Part shown: piece by piece, positions 21,890 through 32,709 of the stretch
Layout: every line of letters starts with the position of its first letter
How positions within the stretch are numbered: the stretch's first letter is position 1
From: Histomonas meleagridis 2922-C6/04-290x
Taxonomy: Eukaryota; Protista; Parabasalia
DNA: 64,000 nucleotides
NCBI GenBank assembly: GCA_020184695.1
Contig: JAANOX010000014.1
Location: 302,149-366,148, forward strand
Direction: 5' to 3'
Made by a program: the position numbers and the translations under genes
Notes under the pieces: generated by a model
What the model was told of the DNA's origin: nothing
Databases searched by the model: none
The model's input: only the letters and a program-made list of their open reading frames with translations

Positions 21890-24800
21890 TTAATTTTTCC
21901 TCATGCAAACCGCAAGAACTCCGATTATTATGATTACTGCTAAGAATGCAATAATAATTCCTACGATCAAGCCTGCATTTGATTTTTGTCCAGCTGGACT
22001 TGGTTGTGGGTTATCTGGGAATTGTACTCCAAGGCAAGTAATAAGTTTTTTATCTTGGTTTGAGAATATTACGTTACATGAACCATATAAGCTTGAAGCA
22101 TTGAGTTCTTTGTGATTTGAGTTGAAAGTCATTGTTTGATTATATTTGTTACATGTATCCAATGTAAATTTGTCATTTGGTGCGCAGTAAATGATTTGAG
22201 TTGTTCCGATGATATCATTTGAAATTTTTGATTCGTTTTCATATTTTACCAAAATTTGTTTTGGCTTTGTCATTAATTCGGTTGTATAAATCTTCGGGAA
22301 TTCACCTGTTGAATAATCAAATTCGATCATTTTATCAGTAAGATCAATTGAATCGGATATAAAAATCGATTTATTTTTCAGTGACATTTGGTTATTAACT
22401 ACTAAAGTACCTTTAATTGATGTTGCTGAATTAACATTTATGGTATCGACAATTGTCTTTTGAACTTTTTTACTTTCTTCAACAATTGAAGTTGTGAATG
22501 ATGATTTACCTACGAAATCAATTTGAGTAAATTTCATGACACCATTAACTTCATAATTTGTATCTTGAGTTACAGTTAATGGATTCTTGAGAGTAATTTC
22601 TGTTGCTCCTTTCAATCCGATTAAAACATTACCTTTCCCATTTAATACCAAATTGACATTACTTGTTAAATCTTTTAATTCTATGTCACCTAAGTTATTA
22701 ATTATTAAGCCATTCTTATAGTCTGTTAATTTATCCCAATTACCAGCAAATGTTATGACGAGTTTGTTAATACTTTTAGATGATTCTAATAAAAATCCAT
22801 TAAATTGTTTAACGGATGCATCAAGAGTTAAAGTAAGTGCGTCACCAGAGTCTAATTGGTTTTCAAGAGTTCCAGTTAATTTATCATTAGTAATAACTAA
22901 ATTACCAATTTCTGTTTGAGCATCTTTAAATGTAATATCTTCTTTATTTTCTGATATTATTCTTAAGTTATTATATTTAGCTTTACTTAAGTCTTGGAAT
23001 GCTTTAGGATCAAGAATCACTTTATTATTTTCGAATTTGATATTATTTTCAATTTTATCATTGAATGTAACCTTTGTTAATTGGATATTAGGGATTTTAA
23101 TTATGATATCTTCTTTATCTTTAATATCTTTGAATTTGATAGATAATGTACAATCAGAAATCTGAATCTTATTGATATGTTGATCATCTAATTGATTAAT
23201 ATCAATATTAACATTAGCATTAGATGATGAATTAATATAAACTTCCGAATTTAAGTTTTCGAGTTCAGATAATTTAATAGCATCATCAAGTTTATCATTA
23301 ATTTCTAAATATATTTTCTTAGTTCCTTTATCAACTTTTGATTTAATATCACACATTTCTTTGTTTTCGATCTTAACATAACCATCAGAACACTTTTGGC
23401 CAACGCAATATTTTTCAGGTATTATCTCGGGAAGACTTTTCAGAGACATTTGAACACATTTCTTATTATCAACTTGATTAATAGTAAACTGAGTAATATT
23501 TTCGAATAAGCCCAAGAAATCCATAGAATTTGTATAATCGAAAGTGTATTTCCAAGAATCATTTGGAATATCTTTTTCGGAACATATTAAAGATATTTTT
23601 GTATTTAAAGCTTTCTTTAATTCTTCAAAATTAAATGTTTGCTTAGGAGTTGGGAACATTAAGTTAATTTTTAAATTATATTTGTTATTTCCATCAAATG
23701 GAATAGGAGCTTTATAATTAATCAAATTATTTGTAATTTTACCATATTCATCAACATTCATATGAATTCCTAATTGGCCTCCAGGAAGTAAATTAAATTC
23801 ATCGAAATTTGATTCTTCGATTTTATCGAATAATTCATTCAAAATTTTGATTTTAATATTATCTGTTTTTTCGATTTTCTCAGTATATAATTTCAAGTAT
23901 AGATTTAATGGATTATTAGAATTTAATTTCGAACTTTTATCAATATTCTTTATTTGATTTACAGAAAATATTACATCCTTTAAATTTGAATTTATCGAAT
24001 CTTTATCAGTATTTAATGAAATATCACTTGTGATACTAACATTATCAGAGGTAGCTATGATATTTAGTGGATCTTTTCCTTTGTTTGTAATTGATGCAGG
24101 AATGTCTAATCCGCCAATTGATATTTCAGACTTAGTATTTTGAATAATTCTAAATAATGGCCCGCCCAAAATTTCAAGATTTCCTTCGTATGATAATGAC
24201 TTTTGCCAATTGCATTTTTCGGGGAATATAACTTTTCCTCCATCAAGTTCGAAAGTGTAGTTAAATAAGTTATAAATATTTAATGAATTCTCTGGAATTA
24301 TTGTTACCTTATTTTTGATTCCTTTAAAGTCTACGTCAACTGATGCTACATCTTTCTTGATTATAATCTTCTTTTTGATTTCATTAAGGACAATATCAAA
24401 TTCAAAATTATTTACATGAACTTCTAAATCATCTTTAATGTTGTTATATATTTGAACAATGCTTTTAACTGAATTTTGAGATAATATATTAATAGTTAAA
24501 TCCTTTGTTAGAGTTTTATCTACGTTAACTAAATCGAAATTAATTGCTTCAATTTTATTGAAAGCGATAAGAGAATTTGCATCGCTGATTAAATTGTTAA
24601 TAGAAACATCAACTCCATCTGGTTTTATAACTGTATTTTCTAGATGGAGACCATATCTCTTAATTGTTTTACTAGCAACATTAACTGTTATATCCTTTGT
24701 TAATAATGTGTTTTGATTCTTATCTTCACTTGGGAAATCAAGTGTAATTAATGCTTCAACTTTATCTTCTCCAGAGATTCCATAAATTTCAAGGTTATGT

Positions 24801-25009
24801 GTTAATTTAGTGCCATCAAGTTTTACTGAACTTGCATCACCGTATACATATAATTTACAGTCATCGGTAATGTCTTCTTGTTTGAAATTTTTGATTTCAA
24901 TGAATTTCATTCCTTGTATTTTTTTACATTGGTCTTCTTTGGTTCCAATACATATCGTTTGTTCTTCAATGCTTAAATATATTAATGTAATATAAATAAA
25001 CATTTCCAA
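21890..25009 (-). CDS. Type I membrane/surface protein, 1039 aa
   Basis: N-terminal hydrophobic signal, Cys-containing motifs (ICIGTKEDQC, YCVGQKC), beta-rich ectodomain, P-rich linker, TM GLIVGIIIAFLAVIIIIGVLAVC. Confidence 0.8.
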   Translation of the reverse strand: MEMFIYITLIYLSIEEQTICIGTKEDQCKKIQGMKFIEIKNFKQEDITDDCKLYVYGDASSVKLDGTKLTHNLEIYGISGEDKVEALITLDFPSEDKNQNTLLTKDITVNVASKTIKRYGLHLENTVIKPDGVDVSINNLISDANSLIAFNKIEAINFDLVNVDKTLTKDLTINILSQNSVKSIVQIYNNIKDDLEVHVNNFEFDIVLNEIKKKIIIKKDVASVDVDFKGIKNKVTIIPENSLNIYNLFNYTFELDGGKVIFPEKCNWQKSLSYEGNLEILGGPLFRIIQNTKSEISIGGLDIPASITNKGKDPLNIIATSDNVSITSDISLNTDKDSINSNLKDVIFSVNQIKNIDKSSKLNSNNPLNLYLKLYTEKIEKTDNIKIKILNELFDKIEESNFDEFNLLPGGQLGIHMNVDEYGKITNNLINYKAPIPFDGNNKYNLKINLMFPTPKQTFNFEELKKALNTKISLICSEKDIPNDSWKYTFDYTNSMDFLGLFENITQFTINQVDNKKCVQMSLKSLPEIIPEKYCVGQKCSDGYVKIENKEMCDIKSKVDKGTKKIYLEINDKLDDAIKLSELENLNSEVYINSSSNANVNIDINQLDDQHINKIQISDCTLSIKFKDIKDKEDIIIKIPNIQLTKVTFNDKIENNIKFENNKVILDPKAFQDLSKAKYNNLRIISENKEDITFKDAQTEIGNLVITNDKLTGTLENQLDSGDALTLTLDASVKQFNGFLLESSKSINKLVITFAGNWDKLTDYKNGLIINNLGDIELKDLTSNVNLVLNGKGNVLIGLKGATEITLKNPLTVTQDTNYEVNGVMKFTQIDFVGKSSFTTSIVEESKKVQKTIVDTINVNSATSIKGTLVVNNQMSLKNKSIFISDSIDLTDKMIEFDYSTGEFPKIYTTELMTKPKQILVKYENESKISNDIIGTTQIIYCAPNDKFTLDTCNKYNQTMTFNSNHKELNASSLYGSCNVIFSNQDKKLITCLGVQFPDNPQPSPAGQKSNAGLIVGIIIAFLAVIIIIGVLAVCMRKN

Positions 25010-25298
25010 ATTACAAATGAGATGACCAAATATTTTTCATTATAAAAACATTAAATATAAAAAAAACTTAATTCAAATCCAATTTTTGGGGTTTTCAACT
25101 GAAGTTAAAATTTTTTAGCGATTTATATAAAACATAAAACAATAAGGTTATAGTTTAAGATTTTTAAGAACTTTAAAATTTGGATCGAAATAATTATTTA
25201 CAACCATTAGAAGTTGCGAAGTTTTCAAAGAATAAATTACATCAAAATGTGAACAAAGTAAGACAAATTCATGGGACACCCCAAAACAAACCGAAGAT

Positions 25299-25661
25299 AT
25301 GGGCGAAATCCAACAACAAGAAGCAAATTTAATGGAAGTAATAACAAATCGCCTTGAAGAATTTGAATATCTCTCACAAATACGTGCAGAACTTAAAGTA
25401 TTATCGATGAAAAAAGCTGAAGAACTTGTTCAAAAAGGTCAAATTCGTCCAACAGAAAATACAATTTTAAAGAAAAGTTTTAATGAAGAAGATATTTTTT
25501 ATATTAGTCTTTGTCAAGAATTATTTAAATATTGTCATTTAGATAAAACGAATGAAATGCTTTGTTTTGAAGTTTCAAGTAATTTAGTTCATATTGATCA
25601 TGAGAAACTTCAATTATCCAAAGATTTACCAGTTCTAGTTCAAGTCATTGATAAGGAATAA
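25299..25661 (+). CDS. FOP/FOPNL-like LisH protein (copy 2)
   Basis: Identical to copy 1 except S2G. Confidence 0.6.
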   Translation: MGEIQQQEANLMEVITNRLEEFEYLSQIRAELKVLSMKKAEELVQKGQIRPTENTILKKSFNEEDIFYISLCQELFKYCHLDKTNEMLCFEVSSNLVHIDHEKLQLSKDLPVLVQVIDKE

Positions 25662-25725
25662 TAATTATAATAAGATATATTTATTTCAAAGTAAATATTT
25701 ATTTTTCACACATTTTTGAGGTGCC

Positions 25726-26947
25726 TCATATAACCGCTTTGCTTATCTTTTTGATAGGGCGGCGACCGTTTCCACGTCGTTTATCTGCTCTCGCAACGAT
25801 AGAATGTTCGTGGCGCATTTTGTGTTGCATAAATGATGCTGCAAGTGGCTGTGACTTTTGTTGACGTTTAGATAAAATCATATGTGTAATACTACTACTA
25901 TTAGAATGTCCATTATTACTATCTAAATTACTATTATTACTCGTAGTATCGGAATATGTCGTAATAAGAGTTTGGCGATAATTTTCTGATATTTGAATAA
26001 CTTCTTTTTCACGTGAAAGTAAATAATATGATACAGTTTCATTATTAATAAATTCATTACCATGTAAAAATGAGATTTTATTCGGATCTAATGAATATTT
26101 AGGAAATTTTTGGATAATTTCTTGATCAATTTCAAATGAATTACCATTAATAAATGGATAATGAACTTGCGTAAACCATGGATGCTGAACAATCTTTTCA
26201 AGTGTAATACGTTCAATAGGTGATTTCTTAAATATTTGTGTTAAAAGATCACAAAGTTCATATGAAAAATATTCTGGATATTCTGGTTCTGTATTGATGA
26301 TTGAAAATACTAAAAGACCTGCATTATTACCACGAAATGGTAATGTCCCTGAACACATTAAATATAATAAAACACCTAAACTCCAGATATCACTCATTGT
26401 AGAAAATGGTTCTCCATTAAGAACTTCTGGTGAAAGATATCCAATATGACTATATGAATCATGTAAAATAGATTTATCATTTTGAATGTTGACTTAAACT
26501 AAACCCTGTGAATCGAATATGAAAATAATGATCAAAAAGAACATTCTTAGAACAAAAGTCACAATGAACTAAACCTTGGTCTCGTAAATATTTAACTGAT
26601 GAAACTAACTGTGAAAAATATAATAATGACGTTTCTTCGGTTAATTTTTCATTATTAATGATAAAATTCGTTAACTCCCCGTTCTCTAAAAACTCATGAA
26701 CTAAGTAAAAATTTTGTTCATCTTGAAAATAATCAAATAATCGATTAATAAAAGGATGGTGAAGATTACGTGTAATATTAACTTCATTCTCGATTTTTTC
26801 TCGAAGTTGATGAACTTCGTCTAAATTTTTGGGATAAATTTTGACAATTACGATGATCCCTGTAGGTTTATGTGTTGCTTTCATAATTCGATAATTCTCG
26901 CCTTGTGTTAAACACCCTAAAAATTCATAATTACAAAGTTTTTCCAT
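25726..26947 (-). pseudogene. CAMK/SNF1-like kinase homolog with one frameshift (copy 2)
   Basis: ORFs 26477-26998 and 25726-26397 join into ~406 aa if one extra base near 26480 is removed (CATTCAAAATGAT versus CATTTAAATGAT in copy 1). Confidence 0.75.
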
Positions 26948-27848
26948 TGACTTTTTTATATTTCGAACGTTAAGAATAAAATTATCAATCGCTCTCAATT
27001 TAGAAACCGTAATGTTTGTTGTAAAATTTAATGTTCTTCGGCTGAAAGTTGTATGGAATAAATAGCTTTAGAAAATTATTCATGCTAAACAAAAACAACA
27101 TTCACTTATAATTTCTAATGAGTAATTAATATACATCGAGCAGAAAACATGTAAATACATTTCATTAAAAAAACATTAATGTTTTCTAAAAATATTTTTA
27201 CTAACTATCTATTAGTTATCATTATTCAGGCTAATTCGAACAATTTGGAAATAAGCTTGAAATTGTTATGATATTTTTCTTCTCGAATACTGTAAGTTAA
27301 ATTGTTAAAAAAATTTGAGCAGTAAGTGTTCGAATATATGTACATTTTATAATCAGTATTTTTTACTTAAATTTCAAATAATCTTATTCAATTTTGAATA
27401 AAAAAACAAATATATGAATTGATTAATATTCACTAAATTAAATATTATACACAAATAAGAATTTCAAAAAAATCAATGCAAAAATCTGGAAAATATATTT
27501 TTCATTTCGAAATGATACCATGTGATATTTGTGCCCCAAGTAAAATATTCAAAAAGTAATGTTAACCACTGGACAACAAAAAGTGCCTAATCGTTAGTCA
27601 TTGTTCTGAATACTGCTGTCAATTTGACAATACCAGTAAAATAAAAATGAAAATATCTTAACATATTATCAATATAATTTGTTTATACTGTTAACTAATA
27701 TATACAATTTGTTTTTTATCATTTTTAATGAACTATTAATAAGATATTTCTTTAATTTTAAAATATATTCTTGTTTCTTAAAAAATGATATTTGAGAGCA
27801 TTCGTTGCAGTCGTGCTATCAAAATTCAATACATCGATTTCCAAAAAA

Positions 27849-28757
27849 ATGTTTGCGTTTTTACTTGCATTAGGTGCATCAGTAACAACGTACACCGTCA
27901 AATCCGGCGACACACTTTCAGGAATCGCTGTTAAATTCGGTGTTACTGTTTCACAACTTTGCTCATGGAACGGAATTTCAAATCCCAACCTTATCTATGT
28001 TGGCCAAGTTCTTAAAGTTTCTGCTAGCAGCGGTGGTGGCAGCAGCGGCTCATACACAACATACACAGTTAAGTCTGGTGATACCCTTTCAGCTATTGCT
28101 GCAAGATACGGCACAACAGTCTCAGCAATCTGCTCCCTCAATGGCATTTCAAATGCTAACCTTATCTATGTTGGTCAAGTTCTTAAGATCCCAGGCGGCA
28201 GCAGCCCACAACCAACAGCAGCTCCACAACCAACATCAGGATCATCAGTTACAGCTTCCCAAATGCAAAGATTCGGATGGGTTGACACATCATCAACAGT
28301 TATCAACGACTTAAACAGCTGCCTTAGCAGATTCGGAATCACAAACCGTCAATCACGTCTTCACTTCCTTTCACAATGCGCTCACGAATCAGGTCTTGGT
28401 AAGTGGACTAAGGAACTCGCAAGTGGTTCAGCATACGAATATCGTTCCGACTTAGGAAACATTTATGCTGGTGATGGACCAAAGTATAAGGGTGGTGGTT
28501 ACATCCAATTAACAGGCCGTTACAACTACCAACAATTAGCCAACTACCTCGGTGATCAAAACGTCATGCAAGGTGTCGACTATGTTGCCACCCACTATCC
28601 ATGGACATCCGCTGGCTTCTGGTGGTACAGGAACGGAATGAACACACTTTGCGCAAACGGCGCTACAGTTGAGCAAGTTACAAAGAGAGTTAACGGCGGC
28701 TACAATGGTCTTGAATCACGTAGAGCCTACTACAACAAGGCATGTGGAATCTTCTAA
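27849..28757 (+). CDS. Secreted 2xLysM + glycoside hydrolase family 19 (chitinase/lysozyme-like) protein
   Basis: Signal-like [11 protein letters not shown]; two [12 protein letters not shown]...YVGQVLK LysM repeats; GH19 motifs [25 protein letters not shown] and [13 protein letters not shown]. Confidence 0.93.
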   Translation: MFAFLLALGASVTTYTVKSGDTLSGIAVKFGVTVSQLCSWNGISNPNLIYVGQVLKVSASSGGGSSGSYTTYTVKSGDTLSAIAARYGTTVSAICSLNGISNANLIYVGQVLKIPGGSSPQPTAAPQPTSGSSVTASQMQRFGWVDTSSTVINDLNSCLSRFGITNRQSRLHFLSQCAHESGLGKWTKELASGSAYEYRSDLGNIYAGDGPKYKGGGYIQLTGRYNYQQLANYLGDQNVMQGVDYVATHYPWTSAGFWWYRNGMNTLCANGATVEQVTKRVNGGYNGLESRRAYYNKACGIF

Positions 28758-29205
28758 ACTGGCTCCTTTACTTTAATTTTGGAAATCGAATTTGTGCAGA
28801 TTAATTGAAATGTGTTTAATTAAGATTGCAACCAAAATGTATCTGTTTATTGTGTTGAATGTGTGCGAAATTGATATAAATACTTATGTTTTCGTGAGAT
28901 AAATCCCATTTCGCTTCTTTCTTGATCAAGAAATGAATGTGGTGCAGTTTCAATTTGTATGAGGTGTAAATCGGCGGTTATTTATTGGCTGCACAAAATT
29001 GAGAGGCAACGGTTTATACGTCAATCTGACGAAATGGTTTTTTTTAAAACATAAATTTCTCGACATGAAGAAGAAAACCAGTAAATTTAGTCGAAATGTT
29101 TTTTAAATAACAAAAATTATGTGTAATATTATAATAAGTTTTGATGATTTTGATTATTCTAAGATATAAACAAATTTTTATTTTTGAAAGCATTAAGTCA
29201 AAAAA

Positions 29206-30132
29206 ATGTTTGCGTTTTTGCTTGCATTAGGTGCATCAGCATCAACGTACACCGTAAAGTCCGGCGATACCCTTTCCGGAATTGCCAAGAAGTTCGGTGT
29301 TACCGTTTCCCAATTATGTTCATGGAACGGAATTAAAGATGCTAACAAAATCTATGTTGGCCAAGTTCTTAAAGTTTCAGCCAGCAGTGGTGGTGGCAGC
29401 AGCGGCTCATACACAACATACACAGTTAAGTCTGGTGATACCCTTTCAGCTATTGCTGCAAGATACGGCACAACAGTCTCAGCAATCTGCTCCCTCAATG
29501 GAATTAAGAATGCCAACAAAATCTACGTAGGTCAAAAACTTAAGATTCCAAGCGGCGGATCAAAGCCTCAACCAACAGCAGCTCCAAAACCAACATCAGG
29601 TGGTGGTGGCAGCGGATCAACTGTTACAGCATCTCAAATGAAGAAGTTCGGATGGGTCGACACATCATCAACAGTTATCAACGACTTAAACAGCTGCCTC
29701 AAGAAATTCGGAATCACAAACCGTCAATCACGTCTTCACTTCCTTTCACAATGCGCTCACGAATCAGGCCTTGGTAAATGGACTAAGGAACTCGCTAGCG
29801 GAAAGGCTTATGAAGGACGTAAGGACTTAGGTAACACTCAACCAGGTGATGGTCCCAAGTATAAGGGTGGTGGTTACATCCAATTAACAGGCCGTTACAA
29901 CTATCAAGCATTAGCTAACTATCTTGGTGACCAAAAAGTTATGCAAGGTGTCGATTATGTTGCTAAGCACTATCCATGGACATCTGCCGGTTTCTGGTGG
30001 TACAGAAATGGAATGAACACACTTTGCGCAAACGGCGCTTCAGTTGAACAAGTTACAAAGAGAGTTAATGGTGGTTACAACGGCCTTGAATCACGTAGGA
30101 AATACTACAACAAGGCATGTGGAATCTTCTAA
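29206..30132 (+). CDS. Secreted 2xLysM + GH19 protein, tandem paralog (Lys-rich)
   Basis: Same architecture and catalytic HES motif as 27849-28757. Confidence 0.93.
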   Translation: MFAFLLALGASASTYTVKSGDTLSGIAKKFGVTVSQLCSWNGIKDANKIYVGQVLKVSASSGGGSSGSYTTYTVKSGDTLSAIAARYGTTVSAICSLNGIKNANKIYVGQKLKIPSGGSKPQPTAAPKPTSGGGGSGSTVTASQMKKFGWVDTSSTVINDLNSCLKKFGITNRQSRLHFLSQCAHESGLGKWTKELASGKAYEGRKDLGNTQPGDGPKYKGGGYIQLTGRYNYQALANYLGDQKVMQGVDYVAKHYPWTSAGFWWYRNGMNTLCANGASVEQVTKRVNGGYNGLESRRKYYNKACGIF

Positions 30133-30357
30133 AGCAGTTCTTGCTTTTGATTTCTTTTGAGAAAGCAAACCAAAATGATCTCAAATTAGCTCAATAAACT
30201 AGTGAAGATCAAAAACTTTTCCAATTTCATGCCGCTATATCAGAGACGACGAAAACTTTTTCTGTGATAATCCACTTTTCAAATGTAAAGAAAACAACAT
30301 TTTGAGTTATTTTTTCAGAGGAAACCGTGGTCACTTCACATTATAATTGAACGTGTT

Positions 30358-30381
30358 AAAACGATAAATATTTATCGTTTT
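30358..30381. promoter_or_regulatory. Perfect 24-bp palindrome AAAACGATAAATATTTATCGTTTT upstream of the malic enzyme gene
   Basis: Exact self-complementarity. It ends 7 bp before the Inr-like TCACTT (30388) and 19 bp before the ATG. Each arm matches ANAACGATA. Confidence 0.65.
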
Positions 30382-30399
30382 TTAAGTTCACTTTTCTCG

Positions 30400-31581
30400 A
30401 TGACTAATTACGCTCAAGAATCACTTAAGCTTCATCAAAAGCTCAGAGGTAAGCTCGAAATCGTTTGCCGTGCCCCAGTTACAAACAAAGAAGAATTATC
30501 CCTTGCTTATACACCTGGTGTTGCCCAACCATGCCTTGAAATCCAAAAGAACGTCGATCTTTCTTACGAATTAACAAGAAGGTGGAATACTGTCGCTGTT
30601 GTTACTGATGGTACTGCTGTTCTTGGCTTAGGTGATATCGGACCAGAAGCTGGCATGCCAGTTATGGAAGGAAAATGCGTCCTTTTCAAGTCCTTTGGTG
30701 ATGTTGATGCTATCCCACTTTGCATCCGTTCCAAGAATGTTGAAGATATTTGCCGTACTGTTGAATTATTAGCTGGTTCCTTCGGTGGTATCAACCTTGA
30801 AGATATCAGCGCTCCACGTTGCTTCGAAATCGAACGCCGCCTTAAGCAAACATGTGACATTCCAATCTATCATGATGATCAACATGGTACAGCTGTTGTT
30901 ACACTTGCTGCTCTTACAAATGCCCTTCGTATCGTTGGAAAGAAGATCGAGGATATCAAAGTCGTTACATCTGGAGCTGGTGCTGCAGGTATTGCTATCA
31001 TCAAACTTTTAATTGCTCGTGGTCTTAATCCAAAGAATGTTATCATGACCGATCGTATGGGAGCTATCTATGAAGGTCGTGAAGGTCTTAACCCAGAGAA
31101 GGAAGAAATCGCCAAGATCACAAACTCTGAAAAACTTTCTGGTTCACTTGCCGATGTTCTTAAGGGTGCTGATGTCTTCATTGGTGTTTCTGCTCCAAAG
31201 ACAGTCACTAAGGAAATGGTTAAGTCAATGGCACCAAATGCAGTTCTCTTCCCAATGGCTAACCCAACACCAGAAATCATGCCAAACGAAGCACTTGAAG
31301 CAGGTGCTGCTGTTGTTGGTACAGGACGTTCTGATTTCCCCAACCAAATCAACAACGTTCTTGCATTCCCAGCAATCTTCCGTGGTGCACTTGATGTTCG
31401 TGCTAAGGATATCAATGATGAAATGAACATTGCTGCTGCTAATGCAATTGCTGACCTTGTTTCCCCAGAAGAACTCAACAAGGATTACATCTTACCTAAG
31501 CCATTCGACCCACGTGTTAAAGATGCCGTCAGTAAAGCAGTCGCTGAAGCAGCACGTAAGTCTGGAGTTGCAAGAATTTAA
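30400..31581 (+). CDS. Bacterial-type NAD(P)-dependent malic enzyme (short ~390-aa form)
   Basis: LSLAYTPGVA, VTDGTAVLGLGDIG, PVMEGK, INLEDISAPRCF, HDDQHGTA, GAGAAG, TGRSDFPNQINNVLAFP. Confidence 0.96.
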   Translation: MTNYAQESLKLHQKLRGKLEIVCRAPVTNKEELSLAYTPGVAQPCLEIQKNVDLSYELTRRWNTVAVVTDGTAVLGLGDIGPEAGMPVMEGKCVLFKSFGDVDAIPLCIRSKNVEDICRTVELLAGSFGGINLEDISAPRCFEIERRLKQTCDIPIYHDDQHGTAVVTLAALTNALRIVGKKIEDIKVVTSGAGAAGIAIIKLLIARGLNPKNVIMTDRMGAIYEGREGLNPEKEEIAKITNSEKLSGSLADVLKGADVFIGVSAPKTVTKEMVKSMAPNAVLFPMANPTPEIMPNEALEAGAAVVGTGRSDFPNQINNVLAFPAIFRGALDVRAKDINDEMNIAAANAIADLVSPEELNKDYILPKPFDPRVKDAVSKAVAEAARKSGVARI

Positions 31582-31739
31582 GTAAAACAATGAAAAGGAT
31601 TTTATGGTACGATAGGAATGAATGAGAAATAATCGTTTTGTTTTCAAAAACCTGAAACTTTGATGTCAAAATCACATTGATGTTAATTGTGTTTACTTTT
31701 CCTTGACATAATCAGCTTTGAGGAAAAACTTAGTCAGGA

Positions 31740-32666
31740 TTAACTTTTGCGGCGAAGCAGTAATGCAATTAAAAGGATTGCAACAGCAATTACTATCCAA
31801 AACCTCTTCTTGGCCTGATCATAGTCTTCGCCCTTTTTTTCAGTGCTCTGTTTTGGATGTTCATATGCTTCTTTCCACTTTTGGATCAGTTGATTGGCTT
31901 CCTTCGACTTCTCCATACTTTGTAAGTCGCTGTCTGTGGGTTCTTTGACTCCAAAAACAATTTTATGGATCTCACAGACAATTGATTTGAATATGTTGCA
32001 TTTTTCAGTGATTGCATCGCGTTCTTTGACGACTTCTTGATAATCAGTAAGTGGAACTGTGTTTTCTGCATCATCACTTAAATCAAGAGTTATGTCACGT
32101 TCTACGATCTCTGGAGATTCTTCTTCGGCTGCCTTTGATTTAATTGAATCAATCTCTTGTTTGAGATTATTCATTTCATCATTTTGATCTTGAACCTTCT
32201 TTTGTTGTGAATTGATTTCTTCAGAAAGTTCAGCAAGCTTGTTATTAAGCAAAGTCACAGCTTCCATTTCTTGAGATGTTTCCTTATCTTGTAATTTGCT
32301 TAATTTCTTTTGTAAACGTTGGTTTTCTTTTTCATACAAATCAATCTTTTCCTTTAATATTTCGTTTTCCTTTGTTAAGTTTTGAATATGTTTTGAGTTT
32401 TCACCAGATCTTTTTCTATTTGCAATCAATTCGGCAAGTTCACGAAGTGGCTTAAAGTCGATAGAGTTTATATGTGCATTCCACGCATTTGGATCACTCT
32501 TTTCAGTTGCAATGTCGGAAATAATGCTAATAGGCCTTAGCAAAAGTGAATCCAATCTTCCTTGGATTTTGGAGTATTGCATAGATTCCCCAGGGAGGTT
32601 CTCTTCCATGAGCTTCATCCCTCTTTGGAACCTTTCCTCGTCTTGAGACGGAGGGTTTGTTTCCAT
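31740..32666 (-). CDS. Coiled-coil protein with a C-terminal TM (tail-anchored)
   Basis: Heptad-rich core; terminal FWIVIAVAILLIALLL followed by RRKS. Confidence 0.75.
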   Translation of the reverse strand: METNPPSQDEERFQRGMKLMEENLPGESMQYSKIQGRLDSLLLRPISIISDIATEKSDPNAWNAHINSIDFKPLRELAELIANRKRSGENSKHIQNLTKENEILKEKIDLYEKENQRLQKKLSKLQDKETSQEMEAVTLLNNKLAELSEEINSQQKKVQDQNDEMNNLKQEIDSIKSKAAEEESPEIVERDITLDLSDDAENTVPLTDYQEVVKERDAITEKCNIFKSIVCEIHKIVFGVKEPTDSDLQSMEKSKEANQLIQKWKEAYEHPKQSTEKKGEDYDQAKKRFWIVIAVAILLIALLLRRKS

Positions 32667-32709
32667 TGAGTAAACTTCAGAAACAAAAAAAGCCGATGAA
32701 ACAATTCAA

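Larger units (their letters stand above)
25243..27002 (-). repeat. Right arm of the inverted segmental duplication
   Basis: Reverse complement of 19718-21482 with a few substitutions and indels. Confidence 0.92.

Noticed and set aside
27758-31481. Alternate-frame and antisense ORFs over the LysM-GH19 and malic enzyme genes
   Set aside because: They are shadows of higher-GC, codon-biased real genes. The same applies to ORFs overlapping LysRS, the Cdc15-like kinase, MOT1 and the helicase.
27849-31581. Bacterial contaminant contig segment
   Set aside because: No Shine-Dalgarno or operon spacing is evident, the intergenic DNA is host-like, an Inr-like motif is present and codon usage resembles host LysRS. 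Final proof needs spanning reads.
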